NCBI GenBank assembly: GCA_000165425.1
Contig: CT868518.1
Coordinates: 374,900 to 438,899, forward strand
Direction of reading: 5' to 3'
Origin: Paramecium tetraurelia
Taxonomy: Eukaryota
DNA length: 64,000 bases
Position numbers and translations under genes: made by a program. The notes beneath the pieces were generated by a model. It had not been told where the DNA came from. It did not search any database and saw only the letters and a list, made by a program, of their open reading frames with translations. Shown here one piece after another: positions 18,752-32,933 of this stretch (its first letter is position 1; every line of letters starts with the position of its first letter).

Positions 18752-20083
18752 TCATGTTATTTTAAACTAGTCAAACTACATTGTCTTGATAATTTAGTTT
18801 GTGGTTCCTAATTGAACTCACACTGGGATCTCCCATATTGTTTTTATTTGTTAGCATACCATGTGTTCACATCAAAATATTTATAATCAAGCAATGCTTA
18901 AATTGCTTCCATAGTTTGACAACAATCCAGTCTCTACTGAGGTTCAGCCTTCACAAGGAGTTACACTAAATCGAAAACTGATCCTTTCTCCTTAATTGTG
19001 AATTAACATGTTTTATTATTTCTGAATGTCTCCTTTTCATTATTGCTTCTAAACAGTCCATCCAATGTCAATAGTTTGTAGAATATGCATCCTACACTGA
19101 ACAAATCTACTTTATAATCATAAGCTTGTTTTTTGTTCCAAACATTGAGTACTTCAGGGGCAGAATAGCCAGTAGTGCCACAAGATGGATGTTATTCAAG
19201 CTGCTTTCCATTGAAACAGGCTAAGCCGAAGTCGATTATTTTGATTTGATTGTTGTGATACATCAGGTTTGCTGGTTTAAGGTCTCGATGAATGATCCCA
19301 TTCTGATGAATACATTGCACTCCCTTTAAAAGCGACTAAATTAAATTAAAAAATATTACCTCCATTATTTGTAAAGCCTCTTGGATCGAGTAGGGTTTTG
19401 TTCTGCGTTCTAGATGCTACTTTAGATTGGACCCAGGGAGGTACTCTGTCACTATATAGTAGTTGAGTTCATCCATGTAAACCTCTTTGATTTCGAGGAT
19501 GTTTAAAGCATTTCCTTGCTTCAACCTTTTGAGTATCTCGATTTCGTTTCTGATAGTTGGGCTGTGGTTGTTCTCGCACTTGATGCTCTTTATTGCCACG
19601 AGATTGGAGGTGAACCTGCAGGTTTCTTTAGTGACCTAACAATATTAATTAGTTTAAATTACTTTTCCAAAAGAACCAGCTTAAAGGATTTCCTCCTTCT
19701 TATAAAACATATCTATCTTTTAGTAACACACCAAAGCACCCATCTTTGCCTTGAGGTTCACCATGTCATTAGGATTACCAAAGAAGTCCTTGATTTTATC
19801 TTAATAGGGAAGCTAAAACCCAACAATCTTATTATTAAGAACAGACCAAGAGAATACTTTCTCGATTTTTAATTAATAGATATATTTTGGATTCTACTGG
19901 TTCGGTTTCTATTCAAATTTATCAAAAACTACTATTTACTTCGCACAGTGTTAGGCATTGGGTTGTTAATTGAAGATAATATTTTCGATTCAAGAATAAG
20001 TGTCTTCTTTCGACCATGCATTCATAAAGAACGCCTGCATTGCTTTCCTGAGAAGTCTATCCTGAGCTCGTGGGCATTATCAT
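18752..20083 (-). CDS. CAMK-group Ser/Thr kinase with N-terminal PH-like region
   Basis: [50 protein letters not shown]. Confidence 0.88.
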
Positions 20084-20725
20084 TTATTACATTGTAAATA
20101 ATAATATTCACTTGATATTTAATCTTACTATATTCGTAATATATCATATATTTTATCGTTTTATTCAAATACAAAATGAATTATAGTTTAGCCGTTATAT
20201 ATTGATCCTCCATCTCTCAGATCAAATTTATATGTCTACGACTTCTTGGTCTCACCAATTGAGTTGCAATCATCAGATTATTAGTCATGAACATGGATGC
20301 CTTTTCGAAATTCCGAGACCAAGTTTTTGTTATGTTTTAAATTATATTTTTTATAAAATAATTGTACAAATAAAATATATTAAATGTTAATATCGATTAT
20401 GATCCTCATGCGTATTGCAATTAGTTTGTTCGTCTTATGATATTGATAATGGGGACTACTTCTAATTTTTTAGTCTAATTTCTAAATTAGCAATGCTCTT
20501 AAATACTCGCAACTGATATGACTATCTCTTCTCACGAAAAATCAAAAATAAAGCGGGGATGACGATGAAATTTATAATTGCTCAAATTTTCATTTATTTT
20601 TTATCTAATTTTTTGTAATTAATTTTATTATTAGACTGTGTTATACAAATTAAAGAACTGCACAAATGTAATATTCTTTGAACATCAATCAATTAAATAA
20701 ATACAATAAATTTCAAATTAATTTG

Positions 20726-21449
20726 TCATTATTTAGCAGCGTTTGATAAGATGCCTCTAAAGATTTTTGATCCTCCGAAATTAAGAATCTATTGATAATT
20801 GAGAATAATTAGTTACAGGGGATTAAAGTTTGCTACTTTTGGTGTTATCTTTCTCAATTTTACAACTCTAAGGTTTGTGCTCCAGGGATTATGATCTTTC
20901 TTTCAGGTCTCCAGGAGTGGGTGGAAGATTGACTGGAATCGGAGCTGGGGTTTGATATTTGGTGGATTTAAGTTTCTTTTGGTTTTAATTAGGCAAACCC
21001 TCAGTTTTCTTAGTCTTTTCTTTCTACTCCTTTTTTATAATCAATATGAGAAGATTACTTTGAGGATTCGCTTTTCAGATTCTTTTTGGGCTGAGAGGAT
21101 GAAGTTCTTGAAAATCAGGGAATCTCTGACAATTCTAGAGCAAGTGAGACTTTTGAAATATTGATCCAGCAATTGTTTCCGTTCTTCTATTAAATCAGGG
21201 TCTGAATTGACTGATTTCCACCAATAAGTACTTGGGAATGATGGTAATGTGATTTTGAGAGTCTCAAGTGCTTGATGAAACTTTTTAAGTTCTGAAAATC
21301 TATGTTGATTATGAAAGACTAGTTGATTCTTTTGATTGAAGAAGCTTTTAAATAAGTAATCAGAGTTACTTAAGTTGATAATAGACTGTTTATTCATTCT
21401 TTTATGATTGAGATACTGTAATTACAAAGTCGAAAACATTGTCTTGCAT
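20726..21449 (-). CDS. PX (phox homology) domain protein
   Basis: HRFSELKKFHQAL..LPSFPSTYWW..LIEERKQLLDQYF..FKNFI is the PX consensus. Confidence 0.8.
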
Positions 21450-21750
21450 GAAAATATTGTAAATTAATCCTCTAAATAATAATTAATAATGGCGGAGATT
21501 TCCATTTTTCGTATATGTTATACTGTTATACGATTAGAATTATAGTGAATGGACTTGGATTGGTTTTCAAAGTAGATGGAGAGCACAGGGAGGAAATAAA
21601 AAGAAAAAAAGTTTAATTTGCGAAAGAGGGAGAGAAATGAGGGTCAATAAGAGAAGGGGAGGATACGCAAGAACTGTTTAATAAGGTGAATAAGAATTTT
21701 GTGTATTATTAACGATATTATTAATATAAATAATTTTATAGTTAGCTGGA

Positions 21751-23717
21751 ATGAATGAGTCCGACAAAGAGAATAAGAACGGCATCAGGCTCAACAACAA
21801 AAGGATAATCGGGAATTATTAGCTTAGTATTGAAATTGTATTAATAACCAGTTAAAACATTGGGAGAAGGTACTTTTGGAAAGGTGAAGCTGGCCGTTCA
21901 TCTGAAATCGCAGGAGAAAGTGGCAATTAAAATATTGGAGAAGGAGAGAATAGTAGAAGTGGCAGATGTGGAACGAGTGTCCAGAGAAATACACATCTTG
22001 AAATTGATTAGACACAAACATGTAATTCAATTGTACGAAGTATGCAATTCCATGGAATATGTAGATAATTGAAACTCCCAAGCATATCTTCATAGTGATG
22101 GAATTCGCAAATGGAGGAGAGCTCTTTGAATACATAGTCAAACATTAACGACTTTAAGAAATCGAGGCTTGCAAATTTTATCAATAACTGATATCAGGTA
22201 TCGAGTATTTGCACAAACTCTGTATCGTACATCGAGACCTCAAGCCAGAAAATCTACTCTTAGACTTCAACAATTCCATAAAGATTGTAGATTTTGGATT
22301 GGGAAACACATACAAAAAAGGTGAGTTGCTTAAAACAGCATGTGGCAGTCCCTGTTACGCAGCCCCAGAAATGATAGCTGGTTAGAAATATGATTGTCTG
22401 ATGGTCGACATTTGGAGCAGTGGAGTTATACTGTTTGCAAGCATCTGTGGTTATTTGCCCTTTGAAGTATGTTTAAATGTGATTACCCTAGGATTAAAAC
22501 ACATCTGCTCTCTATAAGAAAATACTCAATGGTGAATATTCCATCCCTAAATTTGTATCCACTGAAGGAGCCAATTTCATGAAGGCAGTTCTCACAACAG
22601 ACCCAAAAAAGAGAATAACTGTTGAACAAATGAAATCCCATCCCTGGTTCAATCTCTATTAAAGTTAGTCCAAGATCTCTCCAGGAATCATTGTTGGGTA
22701 TAACAGAATGCCTATCGATGATTCTGTTGTAGATTCCTTATCTCAACAAGGTTATGACAAAGAATACATCATTAAGTGTTTGGATGCCAACAAACACAAC
22801 GATGTGACAACTGCTTACTATTTGGCATTGAAACGGAACTTAATCAGTGGAATTCAATCCAAAGCTGACATCAACAGCAGTGTTTTCGAAGAATCCTTAT
22901 TAGAACCTAAACAAAGACCTAAAAAACGTAATCATCCATCACAATATCTCCTTTAGCTCCTATTTCCAATATCGTTGCCACTTCCATCTTCAAATAAAAC
23001 AGATCTGGCTCAGTACAATAGAATGGACAAACCAATAACAATTCTTAAAATAGAGGCAAGAGTGTTCCCTAAGCCATTAGTGATGATCAAACCTAAATGC
23101 TTGTTAACTATGCTCATAAGATGAAATACCAACCCATCAATCCACAATAGAAATTTGCCATACCCACTGATGTCACTTAAATAATCTCACTCTAATCCGT
23201 TGATGACACTTTAGAGAGACCTAAATCCATTTCTTATCACATTCCTAAAAAGACTCCCACTAATCATTAATCTTCTGAACACAATAAAAGCAAAACTGGT
23301 GTCTAAAGAGATTCTGTCTCACCTCAATCCAAATCAAAATAAAAGAAGAGTTTACAATCCAAATAGGTTAACTCTTCCTTTGAATATGTCAGTGTCAATA
23401 ACTACAGCACTAAACAAACTGAAGAACGTAAGAAAAGCAATAGCAAACACACAACCAAAGATCTATTTGATTTAACCAACTATCAGAAAAAGTTAATGAT
23501 CGATTGCAATCAAAAACCCACGAGTCAACTTTGGCAATTGCAAAACAACTTTAGATAGAACTCTAGATTGTACGAGATACCAACTTCGACCAAAACTAGT
23601 AACTCTGTAAATAAAAGATCAAAAGTAACTAAACAAGAAAATAATAATAAGAGTACAAATCAAAAAAGTACTTTAAATAATAGTTTTAATTTTGATAAAA
23701 AATCTTATTATAATTGA
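21751..23717 (+). CDS. SNF1/AMPK-related (CAMKL) kinase with UBA-like domain
   Basis: [55 protein letters not shown]-like [16 protein letters not shown]-rich tail. Confidence 0.92.
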
Positions 23718-23899
23718 AAATACTAAAACTTTTAAATAGTTTGAGTATGATAATTATACACATTCATATATATTATTATTTTTTTACTTACTCATCCTTG
23801 TTATCAAATATATATATATAATAAAAGTCATTTGACATTTATTTTGAAAAATTGAAAATTACATATATTCACTACTTAAAAGATACTAAAATATAATAT

Positions 23900-26713
23900 T
23901 CATTTAGGCATTAATTTAAAATCTTAAAAATGCAAATCGACCTCTCTGTTTATTAAAAACAAGGAATTAAGTACAACATTTTGATATGTTTTGTTGTTTA
24001 TCATTCTTTAAAATGTCTCTTTCATATTTCTATTGTGGATATAATGCATATATACTTATATTCATTTATTTTTTTATCATGAATTTCAAGAGTAATCTCT
24101 ATCATCCAAAAGAATAGTTTCAACAGATACAACTATTTATTAGCTATTAAAATCTAGGTTAATTTTGATATGTCGATTTAAACCAAATACTATTTGAATT
24201 TGTTTTCATTGAACTACTCTATTTTGCTTGATTGAATCAAAAAGTTAAAAGCCTATAACAAATCAAAAATGTGCTTTTATCTGGGGTTGGATAGAGCTAT
24301 TTAGTATAAAGTTGAGAATAGATTATAGTATTATTTAGGGTTGTTGTTATTCTTCACAAGAAATTTAGAAGTAGCGCTAGAAATTATTTTTAATTCTTGA
24401 GCCTTCAAATTGAACTAGCACTCAATTGTCAATAATAGTATTCCAGAGATTTAGTATAAATTCATTGCAAGATGTGTAAAACTTGTTTTTCTGAATTCCA
24501 AATAACTTTTGAGTTCTTCCATCCTCATATCAATGTTGCCAATAAAAGCCTTGTGAGTTGCCAGCAATTCGTTCTAGTTAAATGTATAAATTTACAATAT
24601 TATTGCCTTTTATTATATTCTCTGTAAAATCCTTATAATATTCAAGGAGATTTTGTTAAAATTGTTCTTACACTATTGATTCGATGAAATCTTATGTCTT
24701 TTGATTTTCTCCAAACATATTTTCAAAATTTTCAAAGAATTTCTTGTCCTAAAATAATTCAACTCCATATTTATATTTCATCATCTCTGTCTGAATTTTG
24801 TTGATAGCTTACTAAAGGTCAGGTTCAGTAAGTATTATTAATAATCCTCCAATATCTGGGTATTTTTCAAATACTTGTCCAAGGATTCCATTCAAAATCA
24901 AGTTCATTTCTGTTATTGTACTTTCATTTTGTATTTCTAGAAGGGATTGCATTATAAAGAATAGTGTAAAATATTCTAATTTAGAAACCAAGGAAGCAGA
25001 TGTTTTATAAATGTTCTTTAAGATTTCCTCATACCTTTACAAATGTATATCCATTTTGAAACCAATTTCTCTTGGTATTGCTTCTTGCAAATCTGATAAT
25101 GTCCAGTTATCACTTCCGATCTAATTTGTAATATGAGTAGTTTTTAGAGTCATCCAAAAGAATAGGTCTTAATCTTAGGGGAAATGTTGATTTTCAAAGA
25201 CTTAGGACACTGATCCTGAATCGAAGGCAATCAAATAGCACTATTCAAATAGGTCGTCATCACAAAATTAATCAAGCTTTTATATTTTTTATTGATTTGT
25301 TTCACTACATAGGTTAAAACACTTACATCCTATCTTCAAGGAGTTCAAAAAATAATTAATATTTTTGATGTTTAGCAAATTAAAATATGATTGACTTTGC
25401 TTATTTTAGTTATCCACATCTCATAAGTAAGAATAAGATTCCACTTGGATAATATTGGTTTACGCTTTGAATGTTTAGACGTTTTGATAAGATCTCATAG
25501 TAGATATCCTTAAATTTCTCTAATAATAAGATATTTAATTTGGATTACAATTAATATTAGCTATATCAAGGACTCCAATTCTTCTGCACATTTCTGCTTC
25601 TAAAATTTTGATTGAGTTCTTGAGAAGATCTTTTTGGATATTCTTAGATTGAAATTAGATGCCTTGAAATTACTGAGATAACAATTTCATTATGTCTTTA
25701 TGATCACTCTAGATGTTCACAAAACAAGAAAACAGAGATTCATAATAGTCTGTTTTATCGATATTCTTTTTATCTTTGATCTATTTTGAGAATTCTAAGA
25801 ATTGCTCCAATTTTTCATAAAATTCTTATTCCTTAAATAACTTTTCAATGATTAGTTGATTATGTGTGTTAAACGAAATAGATTTAATGGAAACAGATTT
25901 GGGTTATACTTACTCCGCCCTATTCTCGTGTAATAGGTTAATTAATTCCTTAGTTTATCTACTCTGAGTAAGCACTTCTTTTTTCTGCATTGTATTTATT
26001 ATCTATAAATAGTGGGTTATGATGTTTACATTTTTGTTCATTTGAAATTTGCTATTGAGTTCCAAATAGTTCGAAATTGGTTGTGAATACAATTCCTTGA
26101 CTTTGATTTAAGATTAGAACAACAAGTTTTGTTTCTCTTAATCAGCTTTGATTCTTTAACTCAATCTCTGCAATTCATCCTTCTTTGTGTATTCTAGGTT
26201 ACGCTCATTTAAGTTAAATTTTTAAAATAATTAACACACCTTCTAACTGAGAGTGTCGACCAATAAATCTAAGTTAAGTTTTTAAAACATTACATTGAGT
26301 TTGTTTGACATTTATTTGCTTTTGAAATTTTTTCTAAATTCTATTTTTCAAATACTTGGTCTGTAATACGAACAATTGCAATTCCTATTGTTTTGTCTAT
26401 GAATATTGGGCGAGCATAAATACCAATTCCGGCTTTTCTTTGTAAAACTTAACAAGGTTCTCGAATTCGCCTTTCTTCTGCGCTTGATTTGGAGGTTACA
26501 CAATGGCAGTGGTAGTCAATTATGGCTACAACGGTTGCGTTGCTAAAGGTTATAAGGGTTGGGGTTAAGGCTGTAATCCCTATTGTGTTTGCATAGTTGG
26601 TAATGTTTGAGCTATATTAGAATGATGGCATTACGCTAACCAAAGATTGATGATGCTTATTGTGTGTTAGGTTAGGGAGTGAGAAACATTGATGGTTGCG
26701 ATCCAAGATTCAT
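23900..26713 (-). CDS. Nup93/Nic96-like nucleoporin (tentative)
   Basis: Q/P-rich N-terminus then helical solenoid. ILFLLMRCGQLKQA resembles Nup93 IYYCMRCGDLLAA; NSIKILEAE and DLFFWMTL resemble LAYLEQ and EDYLWLKL (recalled). Confidence 0.55.
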
Positions 26714-26876
26714 TATTACTTAATTTTAGAGTACTTTTTATTTAAAATATTAAAAATAATTAACCACACTTCATTGTTACATTATAAGTGTAATCATTAA
26801 TTTTATAATAAATAGATTAAATAATTTGCAATTGGAGTAAGTAGTATAGTTAATCATATATATACAAATCAGTAAT

Positions 26877-27089
26877 TCATCTGAGTTTGCCAATAGTTGG
26901 TTTGTGTATTTTGCCAATTCTGAAGGTACCAATAGACTTTTTTTATGGTAAGTCCATTTCACCAAAATCTAGCTTTCTTTACACGCATTGTATTTCAACA
27001 TCACTGAAGGTTTTTTAGAATTTATCCACAAATGGCAGGCTTATCATCTGTTGGAACTTGTTCGATGATTTTGGAGGTGTGAAAGACAT
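26877..27089 (-). CDS. 70-aa intronless hypothetical protein with TPPK and RKLDF motifs
   Basis: MSFTPPKSSNKFQQMISLPFVDKFQKTFSDVEIQCVQRKLDFGEMDLPQKKSIGTFRIGKIHKPTIGKLR-TGA; GC content higher than flanks. Confidence 0.65.
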
Positions 27090-27264
27090 TTTGTAAACAA
27101 TAATTTTTATTATTAAAAATATTATTATAATTATATTTACGCGTTTGTATATGCAACAATTTATGCTACATTTTGTGTAATTATACTTTTTTCATTTATA
27201 ACATTAATTTTGAATAAGTTCATTAAATTATACGTTGTATGTTTAAATTCAAATTAAATTAATT

Positions 27265-28691
27265 ATGAACAATAAAGGGACATTCAAGAACCGAGACATC
27301 AACACTTTTTTGACTAACTACCAATCATTGGATAAATAAACTAAAAAACCCTTTGAATATTTGAATCTGGCCTACTCAAAGCAATTTGATTTTTCCCCTA
27401 TTAAGAAACAATCATACTCATCCAAAGCCAATGATACCCAAACTCAATACAAGAGTCTCTAAGAAGCTTCATTTCTAAGACAAAGCACTTTGCCCAATTA
27501 CGAACCGACCAGATGCTCGAGCTTGAAAAATGGGATCATAAAAGCATATGCTGCAAATACAAATCAGGGATTGGTGAGAGATTACAACGAAGACAGAGTC
27601 TCTATCATATTAAACATCATTAAACCTTAAAGTAGAGAAAATGAACAATGGCCTAAATGCTCGTATTTTGGAGTTTACGATGGACATGGTGGTTCAGCAT
27701 GTGCAGATTTTTTGAGAGACAACCTACATCAATTTGTTGTAAAGGAACCAGAATTCCCATGGAATCCTATAAATGCTATTAAAAAAGGATTCGAAACGGC
27801 TGAAAAATGCTTTTTACAAATGGCCTAAGATTCATTCAATAAAGGGATCCCTGAAAGAAGTGGATCTTGTGCAGTTGTAGTATTGATTGTAGGTGATTCA
27901 TGTTATGTAGCAAATGTCGGAGATAGTAGAGCAATATTGAGTACAGAAAATGGAAGAAAAGTAATTGATCTATCAAAAGATCACAAACCAGAATTAGAGA
28001 AAGAGAGAATTATTAAGGGAGGAGGATAGGTGTATTAAACTCATGGAGTAAATGAAGATGGATAACCGGTTTTAGGACCTGTTAGAGTGAATCCTGGAAG
28101 ATTATCTGTTTCAAGAACTTTTGGAGATATAGAAGCTAAATTTGAGAAATTTGGTGGAAATCCAAAGATAGTTATAGCTGAACCAGAAATCAAACATTTC
28201 AAGATTGTGAATTAACATGATTTTATCGTTTTAGGAAGTAAGAGAATATCTAGTATCTAAGGTGATGGTATATTTGACACAATGAGTTCAAAAGACGTGA
28301 TAAATGGGGTTTGGAAGGATATTTAAGTGAATTAAAATACTAAGGATTTACCTTAGATGATGTCAAATGCAGTGGAGTCAGTGATAAAGGAAAGTTTAAT
28401 TCGTAAGTCTACTGACAATGTGACATTATTGATTATAGCTTTTTCAGTCACTCCATTGAGAGAGGAGGAGATCAGAGTTAAGACGATATCATATATCGAC
28501 AAATTAGTTAAAATTCCTTAGAGCAGCAATCCATCTAACTTAAGATTGAGGTATGTGTTGATTTAAGTATTTTTAGTAAGTTCAATGATGAGAATAACCC
28601 ATTTTTCATGAATGCTCAGAAATTAAAATAAAATCCAAAGTTAACTAAATTCAATTTTGAAGATAATCTTCGTTATCGTTTGATTGGTTGA
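27265..28691 (+). CDS. Protein phosphatase 2C (PPM family)
   Basis: NQGLVRDYNEDR, FGVYDGHGGS, SGSCAV, YVANVGDSRAIL, SKDHKP, GRLSVSRTFGD, DGIFD, STDNVT. Confidence 0.93.
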
Positions 28692-28876
28692 ATATGTTAA
28701 TGAAAAAGTGATTTAAATTTGAGATTTTTCAAAATTAAATTATTGCTTATGCGAGCCAAATATATAGTTAATATTCTAATTGGATGTTGTTTCTCTGCAA
28801 TGAAATTAAGAAGTGTATCTAACAATTAATGCGATTTTAGAATACAATAATATATTGTATTATTAATTTATCTTAA

Positions 28877-29929
28877 ATGTCAAATTTTGCACCTTCTCAA
28901 AAATTATCAGACTTATTCAAGCATGAAGGGAGATCTAATTCAATGCACTCCTTCTATAATAATAGATCATCGTGTTATTCGACATTAAATTTGAATAGTT
29001 CGTTGCTGAATGGATGGGATTCTCAAAATCACCAACCTGTATCGATATTAACATCGAATCGAAGCGACATCAAATAGATCAATATGCCTTCATCTCAACA
29101 AGTATGAGAAAATTATAACTAAGGATATTACCAATGAAATAGTATCATCTCAACATGACAGGAGATCGTCAACGCATGTGTTTGTCCATTCTGGATTGGA
29201 TGCCTATGAAAAGTACCAGAGTCAGCCAAGGAGAGATATGAAGATATAGCCGAATTTCAGATAGGAATTGTTGCATGAAGTAGTGAAGATCGAAAAACCA
29301 TTTTACATCACCAGAGTGGAGGAGATCGAAAGATATTGGAAAGCCAAGGAGATAATGCTCCTTAGACAAAAAGGTCAATTGGAATTCGAAGTTAAGTTTC
29401 AAGCCCAATAAGCCAATAAAAAACCAGTGATTCTAAAGGTAGAACCATTGCAAAAAATAGCAGAGATGGAGGTTGAAATATAGTAATTAGAAATATTATT
29501 AAAGTATGTGTCCCTATTAAGAATAGGAACAAGAATAAGACGCTTAATGAATTGAAATGGGATAGCGAGGAATTAGATGTTAAGTATGACAAATTAATGG
29601 ATTAAGACAATGATACACAGTTTCTCAAATATGAAAAATAGCTAAAGAACATTCAACAATCCTTTAAGGATTTAAATAGGAGGTTTCATGAAACTGAGGA
29701 ATAAATTACAATGAAAGAAAATGAGATCGAATCTCGAAAGAAATAAATATAACGAAAATCATCAATAATTATGCCATCAAATCTCAGGAACTCTATGACC
29801 GACTCTAAATTTAAATAGAGAACCTCTTTTAAGAGATAAAGTATAAACTCTGGAACCATGAGTCCTACTCGAGTTACCTTCTCATAAAAAAGTTAGCCCT
29901 CTGAAGAGTGCATTAAATTCAAACATTGA
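28877..29929 (+). CDS. Hypothetical protein (S-rich N-terminus, coiled-coil middle)
   Basis: Code-6 frame continuing track ORF 28877-29077; heptad E/K/Q region ~29520-29750; TGA 29927-29929. Confidence 0.6.
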
Positions 29930-30029
29930 TATTGATATTATTTCTATTTTATTTAAATATTGTAGACACAAAGTATCTTAAACTCTTAAATAATTTTAAT
30001 ATGATAATAAAACTATGGTAATCATCCCT

Positions 30030-30857
30030 TCACTTTCCAAATAATGCACTCCTAATTATTGGTAATGAGTCTTAAAATGTTTAATCTGTTCTGACATCCA
30101 ATGTGTTTTTGCAAACGATCAGACCGTCCTTATTAGTCATTAATATTCCCCCAAAACATTTCTTATCATTCTCTGTTTTAGAAATAACCTTTATGCAATA
30201 AGTATTTCAAGTACCTCAGAGGCAGATTCTTGTAAGGAATAGTCTTGAACTCCCTTTAAGGAATTATCTAAGAGAATTCTCTCATCCAAACATTTATCCT
30301 CATCCACATCTATTTTGACTTCGAACTCAAGTCCATTTAATTCTTTTCTCAAGATATCCTGAAATTCAGCGATGGCATCTTCCGTCACATTCTTAACGTG
30401 TCTGATATCTCGATGTAAACATCTTCCATTTAATAGTAAGAATACCTAATTACAACCTCATGTTCAAATAATTTAATTAACCCTTGCACAATCAAATTCT
30501 TGAGCAATTCTTCATAAAATCGCTCGTCCTATCTAATCATCTTATAGATTTAGTATTATGACTATGACTATCATTATTAGTGAGTACATCAGAATAGATC
30601 TTCATTAATGCTTAATTCCTCGCATTCATCAGTCTCATCCTTGCCCCATTCACAAGAGCACTATGTTTAATTCTTTCTTATTATGCCTTCTTCTTAAACT
30701 TTGTATTGATTTCTTCCTGAATGTTTGCCTTCTCCCTCTCCACTATTAGCTTTTTCTCATTCTCAAATTGTTTAAATGCCTTAACTTCAATCTCAAAGCA
30801 TTTTTCTCTTGCTTCCTATAATACAAAGTCAGCCAAGGATATCTAGTCTTAATACAT
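30030..30857 (-). CDS. VATE: V-type ATPase V1 subunit E
   Basis: FVLQEAREKCFEIEVKAFKQFENEK, IKHSALVNGARMRLMNARNQ, LKNLIVQG, CFGGIIM..IVCKNTLDVR..PIIRSALFGK-TGA. Confidence 0.9.
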
Positions 30858-31388
30858 AATATTAATTAATCAGAAATAATATTTTTATATTATTTTCTTA
30901 TAAATTGTCTCCACTTCCTCCCAGTCTCATAGCAATCTTCTTAAATTTGCTATTTCAATTATAAACATGCATATCGATGATCACCCAACATTAAGCTTAA
31001 AAAGAGTTAATACACACTCTAATTATTTTTAAAACTACTCATTACGGGGATATCAAAACTACTCTAAAATATATAAAAAATTAAATCAATTTAACAAATT
31101 TAAAAGATAATCATAACAATAATAGAATTTATAATATATAGGAAATAAATCAGCATTTCCAAAAGATCTATTGGCTTTAATTAAATTGATATTTTAATTC
31201 CTTTATCATTTTATAATTTTACCTACCCTCACTTATCTTTCTTATTGAATATATGACCCTTATATATTAATAAATTTATAAACAATTTCTATTAAAATTC
31301 ACATAGATGGTTATTTGAATCATAATTATATCGTAATTAATAAACTTTTATAATTTGAAGAATATATTTATTTTCTATAATTAAAATT

Positions 31389-32933
31389 ATGGATAATACC
31401 AGACTAAAGAGAGATCAGTTCCGATTAACTCTGCACTCACAATAGCGTTTGAACTAGTTTCAGGAGAATAGAAAAAGATTTTTGCAGATTTATATGGAAG
31501 AATAATAAATTAATGAATTAAAATTGAAAGTCAAGGTAGCAATCCAATAGCTGAATGATAATTTAAATGATTTTGATTTCGATTGCCCTAGATGTGAATT
31601 AAAACATTATACGAGTTAAATAATGTAAATATTGCCAGAAATGAAAAAATGTATTGAAAATTTAGCCAAACCTGACTTTGAGGGATTGAGCAATAAGTTT
31701 TGGAACATCTATTGTTTTATGTTATTTAACAAAGATAATCCATGTTTTGTAGAAATGCTAGAATTGCTTACTTTGTGTTGTTAAAAAAGCATGGTATTTT
31801 GCGACACTTATTGTAAATCTACTTTATACAGTAATCTTTAAGCCAACGCAATTTAATTTCCTATTGAATATCAATTGGAATTTCTAAAATAAACAGTCTT
31901 AATTTAATCTCATTAAGAACATCAATTATAATATGATAAATTATGTGAGATGATTAAATAAATGAATGGGCAACTCCAATAGCAAAAGGCTTTGGAACAT
32001 CAACACAAACAAATTATTTAGATCATCATAGAGATATTTTTAAATTTAAAAATGGAACAAGTTCATAAGGTCTCACTGCAATACCAGATAAATAGATATT
32101 TTTTAACTTTATTTACTTCTCTCTCAACTTTGGAGGAGATCCTTATCGGAAATGAATTGCTAAATTACATTGAATACTTAAACAGAAATCAATCCTTATT
32201 CAACGTGTCCACCATCGAATTAATCAATTAATTATCGTTTAATTCTCAACTGAGTTCTTATCCTGATGAAAAATCTATGGCCATCGCTATCATTGGAGTG
32301 TTAATGTCTGGCAATTTAACATAATCGAAATACTATTTCAATAAGTTTAGCACTGAAAATTTGTCTCTAGATTAAAAATTACTCTAAAACCTAAAACTAT
32401 AGTAACCCCAAGTCAGAAAAATGACAGTATTTGCTTTTTCAAATATCTTTGGAGAAACCTCTTATGATAGAGTAGATTATTTTTCAAATGGAACTGTCAT
32501 TTAATTCTTATAATTTGCAAGACAAGAAACTGAAATCGAAGTTATTTTAGAAATTTTACAAGCCTTGAGAAATTTAGTCTATCATGCTGAAGACAATTAC
32601 CTCCCTATTTTACTAGAGTAAGATATTGTTTCCATTATTGTCGACAATGATAACTACATATTGAATGTATAATAAGTTGAATGTATGACTATAAAATATT
32701 CTAGGTTTATTGATGCTAATCAATAGATTTGAAGATTATGATTAATAGGCGTTGTAGAAGTTGGTATAATTCCCTAATTTTATACAATACTTGTGTTACA
32801 AAGGGGTGGGAAATTTCGTAAGAAGAGTCTTTGATAATTCTAAATTTGGGAACACGATGGATATATAACAAGGAAAGAAAAATAATGATGGGTAGAAAGA
32901 CGAATACTAAATCAACCTTCTAAAATTGTGTGA
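31389..32933 (+). CDS. Divergent importin-alpha-like / ARM-repeat protein
   Basis: IBB-like N-terminus (RLKRDQFRLTLHSQQRLNQFQENRKRF) then helical repeats such as VRKMTVFAFSNI and ILQALRNL. Confidence 0.5.

Noticed and set aside
20176..20580. Possible small + strand gene between the CAMK-group kinase and PX gene
   Set aside because: No consistent start/intron/stop model or recognisable motif.
21570..21675. Purine-rich G/A tract between divergent PX and CAMKL genes
   Set aside because: No ORF, repeat unit or convincing G-quadruplex; probably UTR/promoter sequence.
15158..32933. Apparent cluster of nuclear-transport genes (Sec13, Nup93-like, importin-alpha-like), and ubiquitin/cell-cycle genes more widely
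   Set aside because: Interspersed with unrelated genes on mixed strands, and two of the calls are tentative; chance is sufficient.
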